The notes under the pieces: generated by a model | What the model saw: the letters and a program-made list of their open reading frames with translations, nothing else | Databases searched by the model: none | Told to the model about the DNA's origin: nothing | Origin: Macrostomum lignano | Lineage: Eukaryota | Assembly: GCA_002269645.1 (NCBI GenBank) | Contig: NIVC01000360.1 | Location: 1 to 36,077, forward strand | Direction: 5' to 3' | DNA: 36,077 bases | Program-made: the position numbers and the translations under genes | Shown: positions 1 through 9,160 of the stretch, in pieces | Layout: each line of letters opens with the position of its first letter | How positions within the stretch are numbered: the first letter of the stretch is position 1

Positions 1-615
1 AAAAAACAATAATAGATGCTTATAAAGGAACAAGTAATCCCATTAAAGCTGCCTGCTTGAGTTTGGGATTGCAATTTTTTGGGTTATAATTTTTTAGTTT
101 CAAACTCTATTGATGCTTGGATAATGACCAGAGATCATTAGATTCTAACTCTCCATTATCCTAGGCAAATATCATTTTTATTAGCTATGCATCTTACAAC
201 TAAGCTGCATGTGTTCTTATATACTTATATACTATTGATAAATATACATCAACAGTTCCTAATTTAAGCCTTCCATAGCCTTATGGCACCCAATATAATC
301 AGAAATGTGATTAATGCATTTAATCATTCATTTAGGCTGAGAAGATTCATATTGATGCAGGACCTATCATTCAGTTCCCCATACTTTTGCTTCTTATAAT
401 GTTCTGGAACAAGAACTTGCAGTATTTGGCTTTTAAGCTGCCATCTGTTCTACTGAATATTGTATTGCATAACTTTCAGTTGCTTCTTGCTATACTTTCT
501 AGGAAACAATCTATCCAACCAGTTTAATAACTTAGCATACATAGTAACTGCTAAGCCTATGCCAATGATTAGAGTTGCAATTTGGTAGTCTTTAGTAAGA
601 CTGCTCAGTGCTTCT

Positions 616-958
616 GGCACATTGTAGTCTCATTCTAAAGGATAATATGAACCAAAAAAACATATTATATAAAGTTGGTCAATATGGAATTTAGCTTATC
701 AAATGCTGTTTCTTTGCTACTCAATCTCACCATTGCTCTAATCAGCTATACACAAGCTCATGTTGAGTCACTTATTAGTTCTTTGATGGCACATTGTATT
801 CTCATTCTAAAGGATAATATGAACCAAAAAACATATTTTATAAAGTTGGTCAATATGGAATTTAGCTTATCAAATGCTGTTTATTTGCTACTCAATCTCA
901 CAATTGCTCTAATCAGCTATACACAAGCTCATGTTGAGCCACTTATTAGTTCTTTGAT
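616..958. repeat. Two-copy tandem duplication, period ~172 bp, in AT-rich CpG-poor DNA
   Basis: GGCACATTGTA(G/T)TCTCATTCTAAAGG starts at 616 and at 788. The copies run near-identically to ...TTAGTTCTTTGAT. This explains the internally repeated 675-995 ORF. Confidence 0.9.
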
Positions 959-1683
959 TTTAGCTTTTATAGATACTATAATTTTTGTCAAATAACAGTT
1001 AATTTTTCCTGTTACAACTTTTTCAAGAAAGTTGATATAAATTTCCAGGGTTATTTATGTTTATATGAATTAAAATGTAACTATTTAGTGAATGAAAATA
1101 GGAATTCACACTGTACACTGGACATGAAAGACATGAAATTTCATGGCACTATAAGGCTAGCATGTTAGTCATAGGACAGATTTTTGTACAACTAAGTTGA
1201 TATTTGATTGAGTATAGTTGATGTAGTAAAAATTAGTGAAAATACAAGAAGCAGTATTTAATATATTTTTGTGTTTTGTTGGTTAGTTGGTTGGTTAGAC
1301 TGATAAAAGCATTAAGAAAGCAAGCTCATGTGGATAAAAAGTCAAAAAATTGATGGCTAACAAAATTTAACAAATCAATCACTGCAATTATTATTGTACA
1401 AGAATACAAATCAATAACCATAGAAAACGGCATATGCATATGGATGCAGTAGGGGTTTATGACCACATCACAAGGTGGCTAATCTAGCTTAGTTTTTTCT
1501 TATATTCTCCCTTTGTTGTACTATTGTGTAATCACCATGCCCCTTATCCAGGCTAAGAGTTGCTAATAGCTAGCTGGCTCTGACCCCCTAAGTAGAAATG
1601 CTGGCCATGCCACTGATGGATATTGCCTATTGGACAAGCCAAGTAACTAAATTTGAAATCCGGCCTCCGCCCCGCAGCTGCAG

Positions 1684-2829
1684 ATGTCCGACAGCAGCAG
1701 AATCAGCGCCTTCCCGCTGCCGCCAATGCAGTACGTGAACTGCTACACTGACGAGCGGGTGCACAGCGGCACCGCGCCGCCTCCGCCCCGGCCTCTGGAC
1801 TCCAGCTATGCCATGTTCGGCATGCCATGCACCAAAGAGGACGCCGTCATTCACTCGCTGGAGAGTCAGGGCATTCGCCGCCTGTACCCGGCGCTCTACG
1901 ATCACAAGCGGGAATTGAAGAAGCTGAATTTCTCCATCTTGGCCAACTATCTCGACCTGATGGACATTGTGGTTAAGTGTCCGGATTCTCAGGAGCGATT
2001 GCAGAAACTCGAGCATATGAAGACTCTGTTTATTAATGTGCACCATCTCATTAATGAGTATAGACCGCTACAGGTAATTTGTCTTTCTGTTTGAGTTTGC
2101 GAGTAGATTTTTGTTGGAATTTCACTGTTGTCTGATAGAAATCCCACCGAATATTCGACTGAAATCCCACCGAATATTCGACTGAAATCCCACCTGATAT
2201 TCGACTGAAATCCGACTGAATATTCGACTGAAATCCGACCGAATATTCTACTGAAATCCGACCGAATATTCAACTGAAATCCCACCGAATATTCGACTGA
2301 AATCCCACCGAATATTCGACTGAAATCCCACCAAATATTCGACTGAAATCCCACCAAATATTCGACTGAAATCCGACCGAATATTCGACTCGAACTCGCC
2401 TAGTATTCGACCAATATTTTATGGAACTGAACGTCAACTGAATGTTTCATTCGAATTTGGCTTAACATTGGCCTAAATCCGACCGAATATTGCGCTAAAT
2501 TTTGCACACTTCTGCCTATAATATAATAGATAATAAGATAATTAAAATCCGTATCGAACACTGGCCAACAGGCCAGGGACACCCTCATCGAGATGCTGTC
2601 CCTGCAGAGCAGCGTCACCCACCAGTCGGTGGACACGGCCTCCCGCTACCTGGCCCGAGCCGATGCCGTTGTTGGCCGAGCGGCGGCCGCCTCTGTCGGC
2701 GGAGACGAGGACGAACCAATGCGAGGGGCGGACGAGGCTGCCGGTGGCGAAATTTCCCAGGCGCTGCTAAACGATATCGATAAGCTCTCCGCTGAGCTGA
2801 GCGAGCTGACAGCGGCTGCGGCTGAGCTG
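1684..2829 (+). CDS. MED7: Mediator subunit 7: exon 1 1684-2073, exon 2 2572-2829. The 3' end is uncertain (read-through to stop 2919, short exon 2888-2926, or acidic exon 3454-3786).
   Basis: Med7-type motifs SAFPLPPMQY, PPPP.P..SYAMFG, SLESQGIRRLYP, DHKRELKKLNFSILANYLDL and FINVHHLINEYRP.Q|ARDTL. Phase-0 GT at 2074 and AG at 2570-2571. Confidence 0.92.
2138..2390. repeat. 23-bp minisatellite (~11 copies) in MED7 intron 1
   Basis: Unit GAAATCC(C/G)ACCGAATATTCGACT, containing the palindrome CGAATATTCG. Confidence 0.95.
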
Positions 2830-3044
2830 GTGAGGAGCCGCTTCTGCGATACGGGCGTCAATGTATTTATAATATTAGTATTCGCAGGAGGGCTGCGGCA
2901 ATTCTGCCCATTCCGCTGACTCTTGAGCACATAAAAGTACGCGGATACTGTACGGAGGCATATACACTCTGTGCCCTGGGGGGTTGGCCATCATCCTAGG
3001 TGTGAATCGCACCACAACCCGCTAAAGCGTCATTGCAAGCAACT

Positions 3045-3270
3045 CACTAGTGACTCAAAAGTCGAAAAATGTCCTCCAAGAGTCGTTGTACTAGCGCTTA
3101 ACTTTCTACAAACTCAGTGATTCTACAGCGACTCCAGCACGCCTCAGATACGACTCTACGGCCCCAGAGTCGTTTCAGAGTCGCAGACAATCAAAACTTC
3201 GCCTACAGTCACTTCTTTCCTATTTACCTGTGTTATCTGCAACCACTCTGAGACGCTTTCATCGGTCCTC
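3045..3270 (+). repeat. Dispersed GACTC/GAGTC-rich repeat, copy A
   Basis: TTCTACAGCGACTCCAGCACGCCTCAGATACGACTC...CCAGAGTCGTTTCAGAGTCGCAGAC is shared with 7278-7350. CTATTTACCTGT...CTGCAAC is shared with 14426-14455. Confidence 0.75.
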
Positions 3271-3453
3271 CAGACAAATCTTTCGTGCCAAAGGTGTCTT
3301 GGCAATTCCTCAGTGAGCATCTTAGCAATTATCATTAAGCACTCACCTCTCAAGACAGTTGACGAATCTTGTAAACAGTGCATTCGGTTCGGTTTTAATC
3401 TGTATAACAATTGATCCCAACCGGAATTCTACCCTCCCCCCCCCCCGGAGCAG

Positions 3454-3786
3454 GACGATGCAGAAAGTGCCGGCTTTGACTTGTTCGCGAGCCGCGGCGA
3501 CGACGGCAACGGCGACGAGGCGGCCGGAGATTCTGCGACCGACGATGTCGAATTGGAGGTGGACTCGGATGAGACTAGCGAAGACGACGACGAGGCGGAT
3601 GAGGCTGGCGAGGCTGTTGTCAATCTGCCAGCCGGTCATCAGGCAGCTGTCGGTTTTTCTTCAACTGGCAACGATGCAGCGTCTGGGAGCCTGGCACAGG
3701 CGCCGGCTGCTGAGGCGGCGGTGGGAGCGTCAGACGAGGCGCCAAGCGTGCTGGACGATCTGGACTCGCTGCTCGCCTTCAATTAA
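3454..3786 (+). CDS. Candidate acidic terminal exon (~110 aa, D/E/A-rich), probably MED7 exon 3
   Basis: GC-rich open frame ending DDLDSLLAFN*, with no ATG of its own. It follows a poly-C tract and a GAGCAG acceptor in phase 0, matching the phase-0 donor CTG|GTGAGG at 2829/2830. Confidence 0.5.
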   Translation, partial: DDAESAGFDLFASRGDDGNGDEAAGDSATDDVELEVDSDETSEDDDEADEAGEAVVNLPAGHQAAVGFSSTGNDAASGSLAQAPAAEAAVGASDEAPSVLDDLDSLLAFN

Positions 3787-4072
3787 TTAAGATTCTAGTA
3801 TATTAGACTAGCCATCCGCCCCCCCCCGGGGGGGGACGCGTTCTCCTATGCTGTAAATATTGCTGTCTCCTATGCTCTCAAGAAATTCCTAAGCATTTTT
3901 AAAGTTTGTTGCTTTCTACAATAATAAAGAATTGTGCAATAACGTTTGTTATTGTTATTGCCAGCTAGAATTTTTATTGCATTTTATTATTTATTATTAT
4001 TCAACCTACTTAGAAATATATTTATTAATTTAAAAACATCTACAGTCACAGTCACCATTGTGCATGCGGTAA

Positions 4073-6813
4073 ATGCTTAACAACGTTGCAAAAGGTCATG
4101 GTAACCATGGCAACCATCGGCCTTCCGAGCCATCCGCGCCGCCGCCGCTGCAGATGCCACCTCCTCCGTACTCGCCAGAGGAAGGCGCAACCAACGCCAG
4201 CAACTGCAGCTCGCGGCATCTGCGCGGCCTCGTCAGAGCCGCTCTCGAAGCTGACGAAGCCAACGGCGGAGTTGGCGGCAGCGAAGTTGTCGCCAGGTAC
4301 CTGGATGCCCGGCGCCAGCTGCTGGCTGCTCACAGTGACGCCGCGAAGATTCTTTGAAGCAGTTGGCTGCCAGCCTGCTCGAGAATGTCAACTCGAGACT
4401 GCTAAGCCTCGGAGTTCAGCTGCTGATGAGGGCAATGAAGCTGATGAGCCGACTGTTGCCGCGACTGAGGTGTGTTGCGACTGAAGTCATGGGCCACCAC
4501 CACCCACCCAGATCCTCAGTTGCTGGGCCAGCTTCCCAGAGTGTCAGTTGCTGTGCCAGCCTCCCAGATTCTCAGTTGCTGGGCCAGCCTCCGTGATCCT
4601 CAGTTGCTGGGCCAGCCTCCGAGATCCTCAGTTGCTGGGCCAGCCTCCCAGATCCTCAGTTGCTTGGCCAAAGCCACCTTCCCAGATCCGTAATTTCTGA
4701 GCTACAGCAGCTTCCCAGAGTGTCAGTTGCTGGGTCACCCTCCCAGATCCTCAGTTGCTGGGTCACCCTGCCAGATCCTCAGTTGCTGGGTCACCCTCCC
4801 AGATCCTCAGTTGCTGGGCCAGCCTCCCGGATCCTCAGTTGCTGGGCCAGCCTCCCGGATCCTCAGCTGCTGGGCCAGTCTCCCGGATCCTCAGTTGCTG
4901 GGCCAGCCTCCCAGATCCTCAGTTGCTGGGCCAGCCTCCCAGATCCTCAGTTGCTGGGCCAGCCTCCGAGATCCTCAGTTGCTGGGCCAGCCTCTGAGAT
5001 CCTCAGTTGCTGGGTCAAAGCCACCTTCCCAGATCTTAAGACTGCAGCCTCCCAAACCCGCAGCTGTTTCGGCTCCCAGACGGTGTCCGTCTATTCTTCG
5101 TAGCCTCGGACGGCCGAATCCGACACGGCGGCTCCAACAGCAGCCTCAGCCTGTTCGTCTTTGACGATGCCGCCACTGCCAGCGAAGCCGAGCAGAGCCA
5201 GTCGGCCCAGCCTCCAGCCTTCATCACTGTGGGCAGTCACTGGCGTTGCCCTTTGATCCCCGGCGTCACCCCGGTGCTCGCCTCGGCCAGCGGGGCGCTG
5301 ATCTTCCCGGATTTGGAGGCTCAGGACGAGGCCTCGTCTGTCGGGGTGATGCTGCCAGAGGGCCTGGACACCGAGAGCCGCTTCCTGCTGCTGGACCTGC
5401 TGGCTTGCCTGTCCAGATTGGGTGAGTTGCTTGTGTCCGAGCTTCAGGTGGGTGAGATCTCAGTTATAGTGAGCTTCAGGTGGGTGAGATCTCAGTTATA
5501 GTGAGCTTCAGGTGGGTGAGATCTCAGTTATAGTGAGCTTCAGGTGAGATCTCAGTTATAGTGAGCTTCAGGTGAGATCTCAGTTATAGTGAGCTTCAGG
5601 TGAGATCTCAGTTATAGTGAGCTTCAGGCGGGTGAGATCTCAGTTATAGCGAGCTTCAGGTGGGTGAGATCTCAGTTATAGTGAGCTTCAGGTGAGATCT
5701 CAGTTATAGTGAGCTTCAGGTGAGATCTCAGTTATAGTGAGCTTCAGGTGAGATCTCAATTATAGTGAGCTTCAGGTGGGTGAGATCTCAGTTACAGTGA
5801 GCTTCAGGTCGGTGAGATCTCAGCTGAAAATCCGGTATTAAAAGTCTAGTTACGCCCCTGATGGAATGTACGTGCAGTTGTGCTATCAGTGATTAATGTA
5901 AATGGCCTAATAAATTGAGTTTTTTTACTTAATCGCAGGAATCGAGCGCCAACCGGAAGCTCCGGAGAAGCCCCCTCCCTACGCTCCGACCCCGACTCCC
6001 GCCGTCACGCCCGCCGACGCCGACGCTGATCAGAAGCCGGCTAGACGGCACACTTCCGACCACCTCGTGACCGGAATCGGCTGGACGGCCGCCCGCATGT
6101 GCGAAGGCGCCGTAGCTGGCGGCAGACTGGCCGGCGACCTGCTGACCCGAGCTCGGCTGGCCGCTCAGAAACGAATGCGACCTGCTGCCGCTGGAAGCTC
6201 TGCTGGAAGCGCCGCCGGAAGTTCCGCCGGAAGTGCCGCCGGAAATTCCAACGAGAGTGCCAATTTGGACCACGTCACCACCGGAGTTCGCCTTCTCCGC
6301 CAAGGCAGCGCCGTTGGTGTCCGGGTCTCCAGGCGCCTGGTCTCCGGCCTGGTGTCCGGCGCCGGTTTTTTAGCCAGCCGAGTTGTTTATCCGCACGCGG
6401 TGGCGCCGGCGCTGAACGCCGTCGGCGTATCAACATCCGGTCGGGGCTCGCGCAGTCGGCTGGCCGGAGCGGCGCGGGTTGCAGGGGCGGCGTTGAGCGG
6501 CGCCTCGGACGTGTGGGAGAGCCTTGGCGCGGCCGGCAGCCAGCTGGCCACCTGCGCGGCGGACAACGGCCAGGCGCTGGCGACGCACCGCTGGGGCGAT
6601 CGAGCCGGCGCCGTCACTGGCGACGCCCTGCACGCCGGCGGCAATGTCGCCCGGATCGCTTGGGCCACTAACGCGTTGGGCGTTCGGGCGGCGCTGAAAG
6701 TGGTTGCCATGGAGACGGGCAAAGAGGCGGTAGGCCGGATGGCCGAGTCGGATGGCGCTAAGGCTGCATCGGCGGCGTCTGGCAGCGCGCCTTCGACCGG
6801 CGCGAAGCGTTGA
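4073..6813 (+). CDS. SPART: Spartin (SPG20): exons 4073-4469 (1-2 apparent 1-bp frameshifts near 4352 and 4410), 5064-5421 (alternative acceptor 5048), 5939-6813
   Basis: MIT-like helices (LVRAALEADE...LLENVNSRLLSL). PH-like segment ATE|LFRLPDGVRLFFVASDG and PPAFITVGSHWRCPLIPGVTPVL...GALIFPD. PPxY motifs and a C-terminal senescence domain (ETGKEAV). Splice phases are consistent. Confidence 0.85.
4497..5035. repeat. 28-bp minisatellite in SPART intron 1
   Basis: Unit CCTCCCAGATCCTCAGTTGCTGGGCCAG, with variants. Confidence 0.95.
5422..5825. repeat. 28/32-bp minisatellite in SPART intron 2
   Basis: Unit GTGAGATCTCAGTTATAGTGAGCTTCAG(GTGG), phased from the donor at 5422. Confidence 0.95.
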
Positions 6814-7027
6814 GAGATGGAGGCGCGAAATCTGCATCTTATGCTACTTGCAGTGGTAGACTGTGCATGCACTACGCACTATGGCCTAGCGGGTGTTATT
6901 CAGCAAAACTTAGCCGCAACCAATGAGGGGGCGTCGTTTCTTAGAGAATATTTATTTATACTACATTTACATTTATTTCGGCACGTAATGGCGTGTAATT
7001 TCATTCATTCGGAAGGAGCGTTATTTA

Positions 7028-7397
7028 GTAGCGACTTTTGTGACTTTTTAACGACTCAAACGACTGCAATGCGACGCAGAGGCGACTGTTGAGTCACGAG
7101 CGCATCACGTGAGTTGCAGAGTCATAAAAAGTCGCGAAACAGTCGTCTAAGAGAGTCGCTGTGTTAGCGCTTAACTTACTACTGACTTAAGTAGGCTAAA
7201 CAGAGTTGTTACAAATGCGAAATGCGATTCAAATTCATAATAAAGTAATGCAGATGCGCTTCAGACGCAACTCAGAAATTCTACAGCGACTCCAGCACGC
7301 CTCAGATACGACTCAGATACGGCTCCAGAGTCGTTTCAGAGTCGCAGACTCGTTCCTGACATCTCGTCGTTTTAGAGTCGTCTAGAGTCGCTTTACT
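7028..7397 (+). repeat. Dispersed GACTC/GAGTC-rich repeat, copy B, interrupted by the BEL element and resuming at ~14428
   Basis: Homology to 3045-3270 continues on the far side of the retrotransposon. Confidence 0.7.
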
Positions 7398-7667
7398 TGT
7401 TTAGGAGTTGGCTTACATGTACGAGTGTACTTTTCATTCACCTACGCGTAACTTTCATAGCAGAGATTTTGATACGTACGTTTCAGCCCCAGCCCCCATT
7501 TATAATGTTCAGCAGCACCCACCCCATTTATTTAAAATTATTGCAATATATAGTTATCAGCCTCTCCAGAGAGAGTGCGCACGCTGGTTGTTTTGTTCGG
7601 TTGGCTAGTAGCCGAAAAATAGTCGCTTACTGCGAAGACTCAATTTATTGAATGAACCATCAAAACA
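7398..7667 (+). repeat. 5' LTR (270 bp)
   Basis: TGTTTAGG...CATCAAAACA; identical to 14153-14422 on base-by-base reading. Confidence 0.98.
7612..7654 (+). other. Spliced-leader-exon-like sequence inside the 5' LTR
   Basis: CCGAAAAATAGTCGCTTACTGCGAAGACTCAATTTATTGAATG, compared with the Macrostomum SL as recalled (CCGTAAAGACGGTCTCTTACTGCGAAGACTCAATTTATTGCATG). The last 29 nt match at 28 positions. No GT donor follows. Confidence 0.8.
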
Positions 7668-7669
7668 TC

Positions 7670-7687
7670 TGGTAGCAGAGCGTGGTT
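7670..7687 (+). promoter_or_regulatory. Primer-binding site complementary to the 3' end of initiator tRNA-Met
   Basis: TGGTAGCAGAGCGTGGTT begins 2 nt after the LTR. TGGTAGCAGAG is the reverse complement of the animal tRNAi-Met 3' end CTCTGCTACCA. Confidence 0.85.
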
Positions 7688-7729
7688 CTACTTGTGGTTC
7701 TACTTGTGGTTCTACTTCATTGGTAAAAG

Positions 7730-9160
7730 ATGTCTGATGAAGAAGCAGAGATGCAAGAACAAGTGCCGGAGGGAGACAGCCGTCTCATTTCGCTGAAGGC
7801 CAGAAAAGCGGTCGACAAGTGCGCGTTCACGAAGCAGCGGAATCGTCTACTGAAGGTATTGGGCTCGGACGGAGCTACTTTAGCGGACGTGGAACCGCTG
7901 GCCGGCACTCTGGATGACCACTACGAGCGAGTTAGTGCGGTGCTACAAGCGATTCTGCCCGAGGTCGTCGGGAATCTACCAGTGCAAGTCCAGACAGTAA
8001 AGGAGTTGGAAAAGCTGGAGACTGAGTACGGTGAGATTGTAAATTTGCTGAGAGAATTGCGCAAGAGGGAACGAGAGGTGCGACTAGAGTCGAGGGAGAT
8101 CGAGCAGAAAGAGATGCGACAGAAGGAGTTGGAGGCAGTCAGGCGGCAGCGGATAGAGATGGAGGAGGAGGAGCGCAGAATGCAGCAGGAGTTTGCAGAG
8201 AGGCAGCGCGAGTTAGATGTCAGATTGGATGCGCTAAGACTGGCAGAGACGTCAGCGAGTGCAAATGATCAATTGTACTCCTCTCAACTACGGGTAGAAG
8301 CGGCCGTCCAATCGCAAGCTGCGTACTCAGTACCAGTCGCCAACCCCATGGTTCAAGCCGACCCTTCAGTCAACCCCTTAATTGGGGGAGGGTCAGATCA
8401 ACTAAGGAGCGCTGAGCAAGGGGGTGAGAGAGTAAAGGCCGGAGAAAAATCAATACCACCCACCCCAACTGGCGGCAAGTGTGACCACGCTGATTCTAAC
8501 CAACCCCGCGGACAGCTAGGTATCCAAGCTATGTACGGTGGAGCTAATTCGCCAATTGGGGCTTCACCGGCCGCCGCAGCAGAATGTACAGCGAAAGCTT
8601 GGGCTGAGGAAAGAATCGGTCAGGATATGTGGAGGCAGTTGCAGAGAGTTGCGATACCGGTGTTTAGTGGAGACAAACGGGAGTTTGAAGGATGGCGGGC
8701 GGCTTTCTATGCCTGCGTGCATGCCTCGCCATCTTCAGAAGCCTATAAGTTGTTGCAATTGCGCCAGTCGCTGCGAGGAGAGGCATTAAAACTTGTTGCG
8801 AATCTTGGCTACTCGGAGTTCGCCTACAAAGCGGCTCTGGAAAGGCTTGAGCGGGAGTATGGTGGAGAGAGACGAAGACTGATGCTGGCACTGGAGGACT
8901 TGGATAGTTTCCAACCTATTCAGATAGAGAATGCAAGTCAATTAAAAAAGCTGGCCGACTTGCTGGATGTTACGGTAGTTAATCTACAGGCTGCAGGGCG
9001 AGAGAGTGAGCTAAGCAACAATGGACTTATGTACTTGAGAGTGCAAAAGAAGCTGCCAACCGAAACCCTAGCTCGTTTTCATCGGTGGATCGGAGAAGCT
9101 AGGAAAGAAGATTCGCTCAGAACGTTGCATCGATGGCTTCTGACGGAGGCAGATACATGA
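7730..9160 (+). CDS. BEL/Pao Gag (coiled coil plus DUF1759-like region), 476 aa as assembled
   Basis: IPVFSGDKREFEGWRAAF...KLLQLRQSLRGEALKLV...LERLEREYG motifs. Confidence 0.9.
   Translation: MSDEEAEMQEQVPEGDSRLISLKARKAVDKCAFTKQRNRLLKVLGSDGATLADVEPLAGTLDDHYERVSAVLQAILPEVVGNLPVQVQTVKELEKLETEYGEIVNLLRELRKREREVRLESREIEQKEMRQKELEAVRRQRIEMEEEERRMQQEFAERQRELDVRLDALRLAETSASANDQLYSSQLRVEAAVQSQAAYSVPVANPMVQADPSVNPLIGGGSDQLRSAEQGGERVKAGEKSIPPTPTGGKCDHADSNQPRGQLGIQAMYGGANSPIGASPAAAAECTAKAWAEERIGQDMWRQLQRVAIPVFSGDKREFEGWRAAFYACVHASPSSEAYKLLQLRQSLRGEALKLVANLGYSEFAYKAALERLEREYGGERRRLMLALEDLDSFQPIQIENASQLKKLADLLDVTVVNLQAAGRESELSNNGLMYLRVQKKLPTETLARFHRWIGEARKEDSLRTLHRWLLTEADT

Noticed and set aside
675-995. 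106-aa ORF with an internal repeat
   Set aside because: Product of the 172-bp tandem duplication in AT-rich DNA; no recognisable domain.
4660-5164. Overlapping ORFs in several frames (PPRSSVAG / SQILSCW / PDPQLLG)
   Set aside because: Translations of the intronic 28-bp minisatellite; the same peptides recur at 31961-32226.
6387-6872. Long minus-strand ORFs over the SPART, OPA1 and FBXO38 exons
   Set aside because: Antisense shadows of GC-rich coding sequence with no independent domain signal.
7397-7651. Identical 84-aa and 66-aa ORFs at 7397/7408 and 14152/14163
   Set aside because: Chance frames within the identical LTRs, with non-ATG or weak starts and no coding features.
7612-7700. Functional SL RNA gene
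   Set aside because: No GT donor after the terminal ATG, no SL intron or Sm-binding site, and the sequence is duplicated as part of both LTRs.
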